Shown piece after piece: positions 11,677 through 24,224 of a DNA stretch of 64,000 nt. A program made the translations under genes and the position numbers. Position 1 is the first letter of the stretch, and each line of letters opens with the position of its first letter. The DNA lies in the NCBI GenBank assembly GCA_964035575.1, contig OZ037838.1:1674001-1738000 (forward strand). Direction: 5' to 3'. The stretch is from Rhynchopus sp. YZ270_cl-10 (taxonomy: Eukaryota). The notes beneath the pieces were generated by a model. It did not search any database. It was not told the origin of the DNA and saw only the letters and a list, made by a program, of their open reading frames with translations.

Positions 11677-13074
11677 ATGGACGTGACCATTCAAAGCTTC
11701 GATAAGAAGGACCACGTCATCGAGGTGGGTGTGGACGATACTGTGACGGAACTGCGTCGCAACGTGGCGTCTGCAGTGGGGTTGCACGAAAACCGCTTTA
11801 ACATGAGTCTTGCAGGAGACGTTGTGGGAGAAGGAGCCGAAATCGCACAGCTGAGCACCGGGGACACCATTGTGCTGACGAAGAAAACGAAGAAGCGCGA
11901 AGCCACGGAAGCACTCCGTGCATTGGGGGAGACGGACCTGACTGCAGAAAGGGTATCGAGCGTGCAGGACCCTCTCGTGGCGTGTTTGCTTCTACAGGCG
12001 GAGGTGACGACAGCGATTCCTGACAGCTTCTTACACAAACACCCACACCTCTCCAATGCATCTAGACAGATTAGACAGATTAACGCCCTGCGTACGACCC
12101 ATCCAATCACTGCACTCGACTTATCTGCACTAGACTACGTTGCGTCGATTGGGGACAACTTTCTGTGCACCTCCAACGCGTTGGTGGAAGTAGACCTCTC
12201 TGGGCCAAGCGGCGTCACGCACATCGGCTCCCACTTTCTGAGGTCCTCCTGGGCACTGAAGTCCGTGGACCTCTCGGGGTTTACAAACGTCGTGTCGATT
12301 GGGGATTTTTTTATGTCTGCCTGTACAGCCCTGAAGTGCGTCGACCTGTCTGCGTTCGGCAGCGTCACACACATTGGGAACTGCTTTCTTGGGAGTCTGC
12401 CGTCGCAAACCTGTGGGAGGTTCCCACACCCCAAGGAGTGTTGCGTGTCTCTGACGGATGTGGACCTCTCAGAGCTGCGCAATGTGACGGAGGTGGGCGA
12501 CTTCTTCTTGGCGAGGTGCCTGTCTCTACCGATGCTAGACCTGTCCCCGCTCAATCTGCGCACCATCGGGGCAGGCTTTCTTGAGGAGTGCACTGCGCTG
12601 CGTGCTTTGGATCTTGATGGGCTGCGCAACGTGACGGAGGTGGGGCAGGGCTTCCTCGATATGTGCTCGGCGTTGACTGTCATCGATCTGAGCGCAATAA
12701 ACTGCAACGCAGACTTCGGGGACAGATTTCTCACGAACTGCACGTCGTTGACCTCCTTGGATGCCTCTGCTCTAAGAGGGGTAGCGTGCTTCGGTGACTT
12801 CTTCCTCCATCACTGCGTCTCGCTCACCACGCTAGACCTCTCTGGCGTGCACCAGGCCGTGGATGACAATCCACGCAACCCGCCGCTGTACGGCTGCGAT
12901 GCTTTGACCACAATCCACCTCGGGACGGAGGAAGACGTTCAGTTCAGTCCGATCGGATTCAGACGTTCCGGTGCGTCGCTCGTCCGCGTGTCGGATGAGG
13001 AGGTTGCTTCAGAGACACCAGAGGTGGTGCAGACGAACTCCCGTTCCAAGTGCTCAACGTGTGTGTTGCAATGA
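11677..13074 (+). CDS. Ubiquitin-like domain + BspA/TpLRR-like leucine-rich repeat protein with C-terminal CaaX motif
   Basis: N-term MDVTIQSFDKKDHVIEVGVDDTVTELRRNVA...GDTIVL (beta-grasp pattern); ~10 repeats of ~24 aa LxxvDLSxxxxVxxIGxxFLxxC; ends CSTCVLQ*. Confidence 0.85.
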   Translation: MDVTIQSFDKKDHVIEVGVDDTVTELRRNVASAVGLHENRFNMSLAGDVVGEGAEIAQLSTGDTIVLTKKTKKREATEALRALGETDLTAERVSSVQDPLVACLLLQAEVTTAIPDSFLHKHPHLSNASRQIRQINALRTTHPITALDLSALDYVASIGDNFLCTSNALVEVDLSGPSGVTHIGSHFLRSSWALKSVDLSGFTNVVSIGDFFMSACTALKCVDLSAFGSVTHIGNCFLGSLPSQTCGRFPHPKECCVSLTDVDLSELRNVTEVGDFFLARCLSLPMLDLSPLNLRTIGAGFLEECTALRALDLDGLRNVTEVGQGFLDMCSALTVIDLSAINCNADFGDRFLTNCTSLTSLDASALRGVACFGDFFLHHCVSLTTLDLSGVHQAVDDNPRNPPLYGCDALTTIHLGTEEDVQFSPIGFRRSGASLVRVSDEEVASETPEVVQTNSRSKCSTCVLQ

Positions 13075-14699
13075 ATAATAGGTGGTTGTGGTGGTGTTTA
13101 GCTTTCTCTTCTAACCTGAAGGCTTAAAAATGTGTCCAGAGAATTTTTTAAATGAGATCTTTTGTTTTGTTGGAATCGTGTTGTTGGTTTTGTACAATCT
13201 TCACGTTTCCCTGCATCATTTTCCCCTCTTACCATGATAACAGTGAAGTGCCCACATTTCTTTAAGGGTGACTAGGCTTAGGGTCATCTGATGACAAACG
13301 TTTTCTTTTGATTGCACCAGGCTTCATGCTTCTTGGTAATCCTTTAATCTCCCTCAGTTCCCTCCTTCTCTAGTGGCTGTATGATGGGCAATTATTACGA
13401 TACAGCCTCTACCCTTTGTTTTCTGTTCACTCGCCTTGTGTCTGCGCTTCAGGTAAAGGGTTTTCGTGTATTGAGAACTACCATCTACTAGGAACCATTC
13501 TGGACAGAAATATTCTGCGACGGAACAAAAAAACTGGGACACTTCGGGGGGTTTTTTGGGGTGTCCTAGTTTTATTCCGTCCCAGAAAAGTTCCTGGACT
13601 GTAGAACAACGTTTTTTGTTTTGTTTGCTGTGTGACTGAGTGCGGGGATGCGTTCAAAAACTTAACTCTTCCCCCCCAAACCCCCTTTCATCTCTAGTTT
13701 TCTTTATCCAAAACGTCGAGTGGACGTAATAATTTTTGCTTAGTTGGTGCTTTCGGAAGTCGGTCAACGACCTGTCAGCGACGTGTCACGACCTGTCGGC
13801 GACCTGTCAATATCAGGGGGTGTGTGTAGAGAGTCCCTGTGTCAGCGACCTGTCAATATCGACCCCTCCCGGAGCACCATTATTTTTATGCATTGCGTTC
13901 CCCCTTATCCCCACACACCGAATCCACCCAATCCCTTCTCTGCTGCGAGTATTCCCTTACCTCTCTTAGCCCTCTCTCCCCGTTTGTTTGTCAAGGTGCC
14001 TGGTCGACCACCCTTTTTTGGCATCTTTTCTTGTTGACAGTTTGTTTCAAAGATGACTAAGCATGAGAGGCTTAGGGTCATCTTTAGAGATTTGTTCTTT
14101 TGTCTTCTTTTAATTCTAGGGTCCCTCTTTTTCAAAAACACTCCAGAAAACCGCATTCTCTCCTCGACAGACATACCAGATTATAGTTGTGTGGGTGAAG
14201 AGGTCTGTCATATGTGCTTAGCTTCATGATTTCATCCTACCTGATTTTTTCTGGAAATTTGATGGAGTTTAGTGTCAAATTAGGTATTTAAACACCCACC
14301 AAATTTCAGGCAAAATCAGGTGGTCATCAAATAAGTCATTTCCCCCAGCTTTTTTTTTTGCTTCTTTGACTTCTCAGAATTTCTCCAACACAACTAAGTA
14401 CTGATGTGCTGTCGTCCCTTTCCCCCAGTGTTTTCAACCCTACACATAGTTTAGTGCCTTACCCATATGGCTTTGCATTGTTCATGGTGTGGGTGTATGC
14501 ACCCCTGTGTACATCAGGACAGCACAAAACGGTTTTTTGAGAGAACTAAGTTAAAAAGCAGCTCCGATCTCTCAATGCTATGTGCACATCTGCCTTTGAA
14601 TACTTTTTTAAAAACAAAAACACAAAAAAAAAGCTTCTAAATAAACAGCAACCATTCGCTCCCTTTACAAACCCCCCCCTTCCCCCTAGGCATAGTGTG

Positions 14700-14886
14700 C
14701 AGACGAACATTTTTGGTTCGTCGACGAACAAAATGTTCGTCGGTTTTGTTCGTCGATGTTCGTCGACGAACATCGACGAACAGGTCCCTGCCACAAGGGC
14801 AACCCACGACGAACAACGACGAACATCGACGAACAAAAAATTTTTTTCCCCCCACGACGAACATCGACGAACATTTTGTTCGTCTG
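14700..14886. repeat. Short element built of direct and inverted GACGAAC units with terminal inverted ends
   Basis: cagacgaaca...tgttcgtctg termini; many (tc)gacgaac(a) units inside. Confidence 0.55.
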
Positions 14887-14910
14887 GGGCAGCGACTCCC
14901 GTATAAAATT

Positions 14911-15705
14911 TTCGTACTAAAACCTCTCACGGTATTTCTGGCCATTTCCAAGCCACCTCTGGTCGGAAAACCCCAGAAATGGGTCAGAAACACCCTGTGA
15001 CCCGAAAATTCATGCTAAGGGCGACTCAGAATATGCTAAAATGCAAAAAAATAGTGAAAAAGTGGCTTTTTGACGGTTTTGGCCATGTTGGGCAAAATGG
15101 CCATTTTTGGTGAAAAAAATGTGTCATTATGGAGCCTGTCTGACAACCTTTTTGAAAAAAGTGTGTTTTTCAAGACGATTTTCTGGCGTGTTTTTGCGGT
15201 GTTTGGGTGGGTTTCTGGTGGATATATGGAACTATCTGGGTTCCCGGAGTGCTTTTTCGGGGGTTTTCACCCATTTGTGGGCCCCCATATTGGTCCAGAC
15301 TGTGGGACAAACGGTTTCGTGCACCTAGTATAGGACTATCATAGGACGTTTTTTACCACAAAAACACCAAAAAACGGCCAAAAAAAAGTGCTTAAAGTGT
15401 CCAAAACAGGTCGGAATGGACGCACAGGACCTCCCTGGGGCAGTTTGGTGCCCAAGCAGCTGTCATGATGTCGAAATTTTGCTGTTTTTTTTGATTTTTT
15501 TCACCAAAAATGGCCATTTTGCCCAACATGGCCAAAACCGTCAAAAAGCCACTTTTTCACTATTTTTTTGCATTTTAGCATATTCTGAGTCGCCCTTAGC
15601 ATGAATTTTCGGGTCACAGGGTGTTTCTGACCCATTTCTGGGGGGTTTTCCGACCAGAGGTGGCTTGGAAATGGCCAGAAATACCGTGAGAGGTTTTAGT
15701 ACGAA
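14911..15705. mobile_element. Non-autonomous foldback/MITE-like element with ~210-bp terminal inverted repeats
   Basis: 14911-15120 (ttcgtactaaaacctctcacgg...ggtgaaaaaaat) is the near-exact reverse complement of ~15494-15705. Confidence 0.8.
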
Positions 15706-15905
15706 TGGCCCCCGGCTATAAAGCAGTGGAGTCGCTGGCCCTACCCCCCTTCCCCCTCTGTCGCTATCTCAACAAAGAAGCGCACCTACCTCTCAACTTA
15801 CAAAGTACTACAATGAAATACAATACAAACAAACTTTCAAACCCCCCTTCCCCCTCTGACATACTTTCCACCACACTGCAGACCCCCTCCTCCCTCCCCC
15901 TGACC

Positions 15906-18479
15906 ATGACAAGGATACATGCCGCCGTCACCTTAGCACTGCTATGCAGTTCACATGCCCTGCAACCTGATGTCATCAAGGCGAGTGGGCAACGAACCTC
16001 GGAGGCCATTCTTCGCGACCTGAACCAAGGGGTCAAGCTTGTGAACGAGCTGCACACCCTTGCTGCTGCAGGGAAGTTCCACGACGCTAAGGGCGAGACA
16101 AAGGGCTTTCCCGACCTGCACAGGGCGATTGAAGTCGAGATTGAAAAGGTCTACAACAGCGAGATCGGGAGCGGTGGGGTGTACTCAGGGTACTATGCTG
16201 AGGAGCGGGGGGTCATGAACGGGGTGCTGGTTCCGAACAACCGTTACCACGTCTGGGTGGGCCACCCGCCAAGCAGTCCGGAGCTTTCATGCACGAACCC
16301 GAAGGTGCGCTCGACCTGCCACACACCTCCCGGCACAGCGAAGGGGTACCTGGAGACCTGGGAGATGCTGGAGGACAGTGACCACTACGAGAAGTCCGGC
16401 CTCTTCCAAAACACCTCATACGACCCGCGCATGCACGAATGGTACCACCCGCAGCAGGAGGCCCTGCACATCACAAAGCCTTACGTATTCAAGCCGGACT
16501 CGTACTCCTCCAGCATCGGGATCACGCTCTCCCGTGGTGTGCACAAAGATGGAAAGCCGATTGGGGTTGTGGCAGTGGACGTCGACCTGAGCTCCCTTGA
16601 TATGATCATTGGGTATGTTTCAAAGGCTTTTTCATGAAATACCCCATTATTCGTTGTTTGTTGTCTGTTGTTTGTTGATTGCATCCATCCGGGGGTGTCC
16701 GAGGGGGGGGCACATTCTAGTGTCCACTTCCCGACCCACTGCATGTAAACAGACAGAACCGAACAATGTGTGCTGTGGGAGGTGCATCAGGTCTCAAGGG
16801 TACTGCTTCTTTTTTGCCGCTTTTTTACCTTGCCACATTGATGATGAACACTTGGGGGAGTGCTCGAAACTAAACAACGTTTCCTGAAGGGGGACACAGG
16901 GTATTTCCTAAATCGGGGTCCCAAAATCTCAAAATCCGGAATCGGGTGCAAAAAAAGCGCGCTGAGCAACGTTAGGGTTTTTTGTGCAGAAAACTGAGTT
17001 ATGGTGCATTTCCGAGCCAATCCCGGCTTGTGGTGGGGTCACTTTGAAAAAATGGCAAAAAAATTGGCAACTTAAATTTTTCGTTAATATTCTGTAGAAG
17101 AGAAATAGAAGAGAAATAAAACACCAGAGGGCATGCCCAGGTAGACGAGAGTGCCTTCAAAATACAACAAACATGAGGGGGTAGATCATCCCCCGAACAA
17201 AAAAAACACACTGCAAAAACACACTGCACACGGATAGGACACATGCGTTTGTGAAGCGGTCTCGCGCTTCGCGATACCACAGCCAATTCGCGTACGTCTG
17301 GTACATACGAAACTAATGAAAAATACATGAGACACAAAACACTCGTCAAACTTACTAAATTCTTCACATCAATGTAAAAGACAGCTTAACTCTCCTTGCC
17401 TATATCGATTCATCTTGATTCGGGCAAAAGCGACAACAGCTTCGTGAAACATTCGTGGAGATCCTATTGAACAGGCAGCATCCCGTTCAACTATCTTCCG
17501 CAGTGCGATCAACAGCTTCGCGCTTAGGCTGACTGAGTGCCTCAAATAAGGTTCTGAGAGAGTGCGGCATCGGCGTCGCGCACTGCTGTCATTCTGTGCG
17601 ACATTTTCCGAGAGGGCTTCTTCCTCGGGGCCGCTTACATCGCTCACTGAGTTTGTGAATGCAACGCTCTCTCAAGAGATCTTCAAGCCTTGAATGTGTT
17701 GGCTGGTCTGGTCGCTTGGTTGGGTCACTTTAAAGGGGAAATATGGCGGTTTGGTCAGAATATGATCGAATTTGGTATTTTTTTTGGAATTACTTCGTGG
17801 AGTAACAGTTTCTTTCAATAATCTTATGTATTATGAACTTCTTCTTCTTCTTCTTCTTCTTCTCAGACCCTTGCGCCCTGGAGCCGGCTCCGAGGTTGTG
17901 CTGTGCGACCCTTCTGACGCTAAGGTCATTGTCTCGACCTTCACTGCATCGCGCCAGGTGCGTTGGACAGTATGTGCATACCACCCCACTCCAGAAAGCT
18001 TTTGTATATACACACTCATACCCCACACACCCCACAGCACAAGAAGGTCAGCTGCTTCGACCAGCCGTTCCTTCCCATCTTTGGCCACATTGTGAACACC
18101 GTAGGCAACCTGCACAGAGCGCAGGGCGGTGCAGTTATGTTGCATACAAACGAACAATCGAAGCTGCTCAGGTGGAACTCCATCTACTCCATGCCGGTAT
18201 GCAAACACAACCAAAGAAAAACTGCCTCGAACCAGCATCAATTCATAATATGGCAGCAAACAAACCTTTTTTCCCACTGTTACGTAGTCCTTCGGCAAAG
18301 AGTATCGATCCGACTTCCAACGAACCCCACAAATAATAAAACAGGTGCACGTTGGGGACGGGCAGACGTGGCTTCTCGTCCTAACAGACGACTCCGAGAA
18401 CAGAAGCGAGTCTGCAGGCAGCCTTGCAGTGTCAACTTTGTTGATTGCGTTCTCCGCACTTCTCTGTACATTGCTTTGA
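15906..18479 (+). CDS. Secreted double-Cache (dCache-like) domain protein with predicted GPI-anchor signal; 4 exons 15906-16612, 17867-17957, 18038-18196, 18345-18479 (363 aa)
   Basis: Signal peptide MTRIHAAVTLALLCSSHA; YDPRMHEWY...KPY...ITLSRGVHKDGKPIGVVAVDVDL Cache motif; three GT-AG introns with consistent phases give an open frame ending QTWLLVL...LAVSTLLIAFSALLCTLL*. Confidence 0.8.
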
Positions 18480-19570
18480 GCTTTGAGCGCAAAAAAGTAA
18501 ATGGGCCGATGGATGTGACTGAAGTGTCTGCGCTCTGACCGCCAATAAAAACAACGAAATAAATCTCTGATATTGAAGGCACATCGGACTCTAAAAAACA
18601 ACAAAAAATGTTGCAAAAAAAAATTATGAAACTGGCCATGTTTGCCTTCAACTCAGTCTTCGAGAAACATTTTTTTTTTTTACAAATTTTAAAATAATAA
18701 AGTGCAGAACTTGACTTTACTCTGTGATAGACTATCCCAAATTGATTGAGAGAAATAAGACGTTCTTTTCTGTGAAGACACCTACCAGGAAAGAGAACCT
18801 TTTGGGGAGAACTGAGTATGGGGTAAAGAAGAGCTTTTTTAAGGTAAACCCCCTTCACAGCTATTGTTTACATATTTTATTTTCGGAAATATTGTCCCTC
18901 TGCACAAATCCTACAGCGACGTTGGAAATATGGGTTCTATATTTTCGGCTACTTTACAGCCAATTTTGCATGTACCGGGTAACATTATAATATTTGGCAC
19001 AGAAATATTAGAATGTACACAAATCGTGGGTAAAATCCGAAATAGAAATATTATAATTTTTTCGGCCAAAAAAAAATTTTTTTTGACCATGTCGCAGAGT
19101 GAAAAATAGACCGAAATTTTCGATTTTGGTGTTGCAAAATTTTTCGAAAATCCTGAAAAGTGCCCAAAAACACGTGAAAACACATGTATAGGCACCCCAG
19201 CATTGCCCAGGCTTGGTGAAAATTTTTCCTGCATGGGGGCCCTCCGGGCCCCCAGGACCCATTGCGACCCGATTGGTTCACGTTACTGAAAAAATTGTTC
19301 CCTAAGACACACACGTGGTTAACATACCCCTGAAAAACACCCTACATCCACATAACGATCAACGTCCCAAAGTGACAAAGTGTTCCAGCTACCCCCATCC
19401 CCCACGTCGGTAAATATCATCATATAAATGAATCTGAACCCCTCTCCTTCCAGCACACCAACATACACATTTTGACACACAAGAACTGTACCATAACAGG
19501 GGTTTTTTGACACACAGAATACGAGCGGATTTGTGCGTCGGGACAATATTACCGAAAATGAAAATATGAA

Positions 19571-19716
19571 TTTTCTGGAAATATAGCACCATATTTCCTT
19601 CGGTACCCCCAATGCTGCTTCGGTCGACGATTTCCCTCGCCTTCGGCTCGGGAAATCGTATCCCTCAGCAGCATTGGGGGTACCTCAGGAAATATGAGTA
19701 CTATATTTCTAGAAAA
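19571..19716. repeat. ~145-bp imperfect palindrome (hairpin)
   Basis: ggtacccccaatgctgct / agcagcattgggggtacc and acgatttccc / gggaaatcgt arms around gcc-ttc-ggc. Confidence 0.8.
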
Positions 19717-19759
19717 AATATACTATTTATGTAAATAGTATTCGTGCATGTAAATAATA

Positions 19760-20871
19760 CATCAGTCTAAATGGGAGCCAATTACCCCCCCCTAGCCAAT
19801 TACCCCCCCCCCTTATATTACCCCCTTTTTCCAAAATCCGGAAACCCAAGATTTTTCAGTGCCAATTACCCCCCCCCCCTTTAGGTGGTCCCACGTAGAA
19901 GGAAATCCTTAAGGATTTGCTGTGGACACACGTGTGACCCCACCGTGGAGAGCAATCGGCTCGCGCAATCAAAAGAAAGCAGAGAAAAGGGGAAAGAAAA
20001 AGGAAAAAAGTTGCGTACCGTGCGCCTGCGGCGCACGGTAGCCAACCTTTGTTTGTACTTATGTATATACCACCAAATTTTGACCATGTTTTCCGGTGTT
20101 TTCCGGTGTTGGCCGGTGAAGTCACGGTATTGGGTACTGGGTACTGGGTACACTCGCTTCATCATTGTACTAGCCCAGGGAGGGTTCCCGGCTACCGGCA
20201 AGGTCTCTTCCAATCCGTACCCCAGTTTCCTAGTGGGCTTCTCTGGCTAGGGCTCCAGTAGGTCCCTCCACACATGTAATGTGCCTGCCTTCAGCACCCA
20301 GGGTAGCATTCCCAGCACCTTTTACCCTCAGGCAGACCTTCATAGAGTTTCAGGAGGAGTGCCACAAAGGGTCCCCGGATACAATTTAAGGTCCAGCCCA
20401 GGACGAGAGGGGCTCACAGCAGAGAATAAGCCCAGTCCCTGGTCCCGGTCCGGTCCTGGTATATCCTGGTCCTGGTCCTGGCCCAGGTGCCGGTCCCGGG
20501 TCCCAGACCCGGGTCCCAGATGGTACCGGGTACCTGGGTACCCAGGTATACGCAAACCCGCAAATACGGTACACAGGTACACAGGTACACAGGTACACAG
20601 GTACACAGGTACACAGGTACACAGGTACACAGGTACACAGGTACACAGGTACACAGGTACACAGGTACACAGGTACACAGGTACACAGGTACACAGGTAC
20701 ACAGGTACACAGGTACACAGGTACACAGGTACACAGGTACACAGGTACACAGGTAGGTGTCTATTACCCCCCCCCCTTGGGTGTCTATTACCCCCCCCCC
20801 TTATATTACCCCCAAAACCCGAATATGACCCTCAAGGGGGGGGGGGTAATTGGCTCCCATTTAGACTGATG
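19760..20871. mobile_element. Non-autonomous TIR element (Tc1/mariner-like TA target duplication)
   Basis: TIR catcagtctaaatgggagccaattacccccc at both ends, flanked by TA at 19758-59 and 20872-73; no transposase ORF seen. Confidence 0.8.
20568..20755. repeat. (GGTACACA)n microsatellite, ~23 units
   Basis: Perfect 8-bp tandem array. Confidence 0.95.
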
Positions 20872-21835
20872 TAAATAATTTAAATGTAAATAGAACATGT
20901 AAATAATTATTACTCATGTATTGTTTACATTTTCCACACCTCCCCTGTAGAGTAACCGAAGGTGAAGTGAGGTATAGTATTGAAATTGATGTGGGTGAAG
21001 GGTCAATTTTACAAACTCGGATTTTGTGAAACTTTTTGGCCGAAAATGGGCCCCACCTAGTGACCGGGCTCATATTTTCCAAAATTTAAGTGGTCAAAAA
21101 ATTGTCCAATTTTCAACATCGACCCCACCACTTTCTGGACAGATTCCGGAAATGCCAAAAAATTGTGTTTTGGGTCACGAATCCGCACCCCGTCACCAAA
21201 AACCGGCAAAAAAAAAGGGGGTGGAAATAAATAATTCGAATGTAAATAGTAATTGGATGTAAATAATAGCTGTGAATAATTATATGTAAACAATACCTGT
21301 ATGTAAACAATAGCTGGGAGGGAGGTTTAGAAAGTTTTTTTGTAGTAAAAAAAAAACTTCACCAAAAAAGTGCGCAAAGAAACAGCTTTTTTTATGGAAT
21401 GAATGCTATTCAATCATATACTTTCAACTCTGTGAACTGAAAAAGTATATGAATCTAACTATTCAATAGAGCTGCTGCGTTATCCGCAAGGCAGTGGGCA
21501 AAATAAAGAGGAAATGACTTTGGATAAGGAATAGGGTGGGAACAGTATTGTTCTGTGTTGAGTACAAAAAGAAGCAACAAAAAAGAAGAAAACAAGAAAG
21601 CTGCTTGGGGAGAGCCTCATGCTTAGCATGAAATGTAACCCCACCTCCCCCTCCTCCCTTTTCTTTGTCTTTGGCTAAAAAGAAAGTGCATGTGTTGACC
21701 CTCTCAAATACTTTTAATTCTGTGAACTGAAAGTCTCTGAATCTAATCTTTGGGTCAGACGAATGGGTTGGTTGGAGGTGCTTTACCGGTATTTGATTTT
21801 CCAGAAATTGCATAACACAAGAGTTTTTTTAAACC

Positions 21836-22827
21836 ATGCCGACCACAGTGGAAGCTGGCAGCTACGGGGCAGTGGACTTCAGCACCCACGTTGTGCTGCA
21901 GTCGAACGACCAGAAGCCCGTGGAGTACGTCGTGAGCAGGGACGCTGTGAAGATGTCGGGTCTGATGAAGGACATGCTTGAGGACCAGGACGGGGACGAC
22001 CAGCAGACTGTCATCCCAATCCCGAACGTGAACGGCCGCACCCTGAAGTACGTGCTTGAGTACTGCGAGCAGCACCACAACAACCGCGCGGAGCCTATTG
22101 ACAAGCCTCTGCGTGGGAAGATCGAGGAGGTTATTAGCACCTGGGACAGACAGTTCCTTTTGACGGACCTGATCAAGGGCGGAGACGAGAAGCAGCACGA
22201 GCTCCTCATCGACGTGATAATGGCAGCCAACTTCCTCAACATCAAAGACCTGCTCGACCTCACCTGTGCCTCTGTCGCCTCCATGATCAAGGGAAAGAAC
22301 CCCGAACAGATCCGCGCACTCTTCAACATCGAAAACGACTTCACACCCGAAGAAGAGGAGAAGATCCGCGAAGAAAACAGGTATACCTATTCACCCCCTT
22401 AAGACCTCTTATTATTATCGTGTTTTGAAAATAAAAAAGGCCAGGATAATTATGGACCTGGATTTTGACCCATTTTTCTGGTTCATATTTACACACTGGT
22501 GTGGAAAGGGGGGGTGTGATAAAGTGCTATAAAGTGCTCTTTTGGGGGTCTGGAGTTTATCCGCAAAGCCATAACCCCCAAAAGTGCGATAAAGTCATAC
22601 TCATAAAGTGCGATTTTGGGGTCGTTTCAGCCTACACCAAACACGGTATTATTCATACTGTGGGTGTTATAACGTTATCGACAAACGTTATAACACCTAC
22701 AGTACGATTATTATGTTCTGTTTTTTCTTTTACAAAAAAGTGGAGACGACGCGGGTGGAAAAAACTCCATGTTTCGATTGGAAATTATTATCTTAATCAC
22801 TTTTACAGGTGGTGCGAGGAGTCATAG
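21836..22827 (+). CDS. SKP1: S-phase kinase-associated protein 1 (SCF adaptor); exons 21836-22380 and 22809-22827
   Basis: IPIPNVNGRTLKYVLEYCEQH, IMAANFLNIKDLLDLTCASVASMIKGKNPEQIRALFNIENDFTPEEEEKIREEN; GT-AG intron 22381-22808 restores the canonical C-terminus ENRWCEES*. Confidence 0.95.
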
Positions 22828-24224
22828 AAATGGAAAACGGAGGGGGGGAGGGAGGGAGGCAGGGAATCCGGGTTTTTAGGGGATTGTGTGAAACAGAGAA
22901 AACAACTGCAGAGAATTCTACCCCAAACCAGTAGTATAAAAAAAAAACCCCCAAAATCCAATCCGCGAGCGTAGATGTTGTATCTTGTTTTGTGGGAGAA
23001 AAACCCCTCCTTTTTTGTTATTTTTTAGCCTAGCCAAATATACACAACACGCTGCAGCTGTCTTGGACCCCCATATTTTTACCTGAAGATCAGTGCCTGC
23101 GTCCCAAGAGGCGTTTTGCACTATCAACTTTTTTTAGACAACCTTTTAACCCTCTTTTTCTCGTATTCATCCTTCCCACATGATGGAATAAACAGCCATT
23201 TTTTTTTTTGAGTGCATAACCATGCGTGGTAGTCTGCAAGACTCAAGACCCAATATTTGACTTATTGATGACTTTTCAAAGTCAAGAACAGGATATGTTT
23301 TGACTTCTTTTCTTTGACTTTTTCCTGATGTCTGAAAGTTGAGAAAAAGTCAAGAAAACACAGTATTATCCAATGTCTGGCAGAGCCTGTTTAGGGCATT
23401 GTTGTGGCTACTTAGAGAAGGTGACTAGGGCCGCGGTTCATCTTCGCAACTTTTTTTTTTGAAAAACATATTTTTTTTTAGATAGAAACAGAGAGTTCCA
23501 CTGATGCACTTTGCATTAGGAGCAGTGACGCTCATTGAAAATGAGGTCTTTTTGTTAATGATGGTTTCTAATTATTATGGTAAGTTTTGATGTATCGAAG
23601 CATATATGATGTTTCCTGTGTTGTGGAGGACTCAGTTCAGAGAGACTTTTATTTCATATGTAAAGGAAGGGCCGCATGGTTGGGTGAGTGTCCACCCCTC
23701 CGGTACAGCCGGTCATGTACCTAGGTACACTGTTCACGAGAGGGCTTTGTATTTCAACTCTTTTATATTAATGCTGAGAAGCAGATGTTGCGAAGGAAAG
23801 CGCTCTTTTCTAAGAACGGCATAAGCGATAGTATCGTTTGTATGTATGGGGTCGGGGGGGACAAAGAAACCCCCTTGGCCGTATCCGCGAAAATGAAAAC
23901 ATCCTTTGTTACCCCTGTGAAAAACAAAACAAAAACAAAAACACAAAAGACAAACAAAAAAGTATAAAGTACAATAAAAGCATAACAAAAGCAAAAGCTA
24001 GATACTATCCGAAGCATTTTTTATAAAGAATTGTTGGAATAGTGTAGTTGCCACCTGTGCAAGCTCCACTGTGTTTCGTTGCGTTGTCATTGTCTGTTGC
24101 AGACAAGACAGAAGAAAGACTCCAGCTCCCATCGGCGTTTGTTTCTCAGGAGTTTGTGTTGTTCTGCTTTTGTGGAAGTGACACCACCAACCATCACATC
24201 AAACACAACAGACCCCTTAACAAT

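Noticed and set aside
17369..17647. Minus-strand ORF within intron 1 of the Cache gene
   Set aside because: Short, non-ATG start, no recognisable motif
20281..20874. ORFs with HRYTGTQV / YLCTCVPV repeats
   Set aside because: Translation of the (GGTACACA)n array inside a TIR element
22381..22402. Skp1 ending ENRYTYSPP* as in the ORF track
   Set aside because: Read-through into an intron; splicing gives the conserved ENRWCEES*
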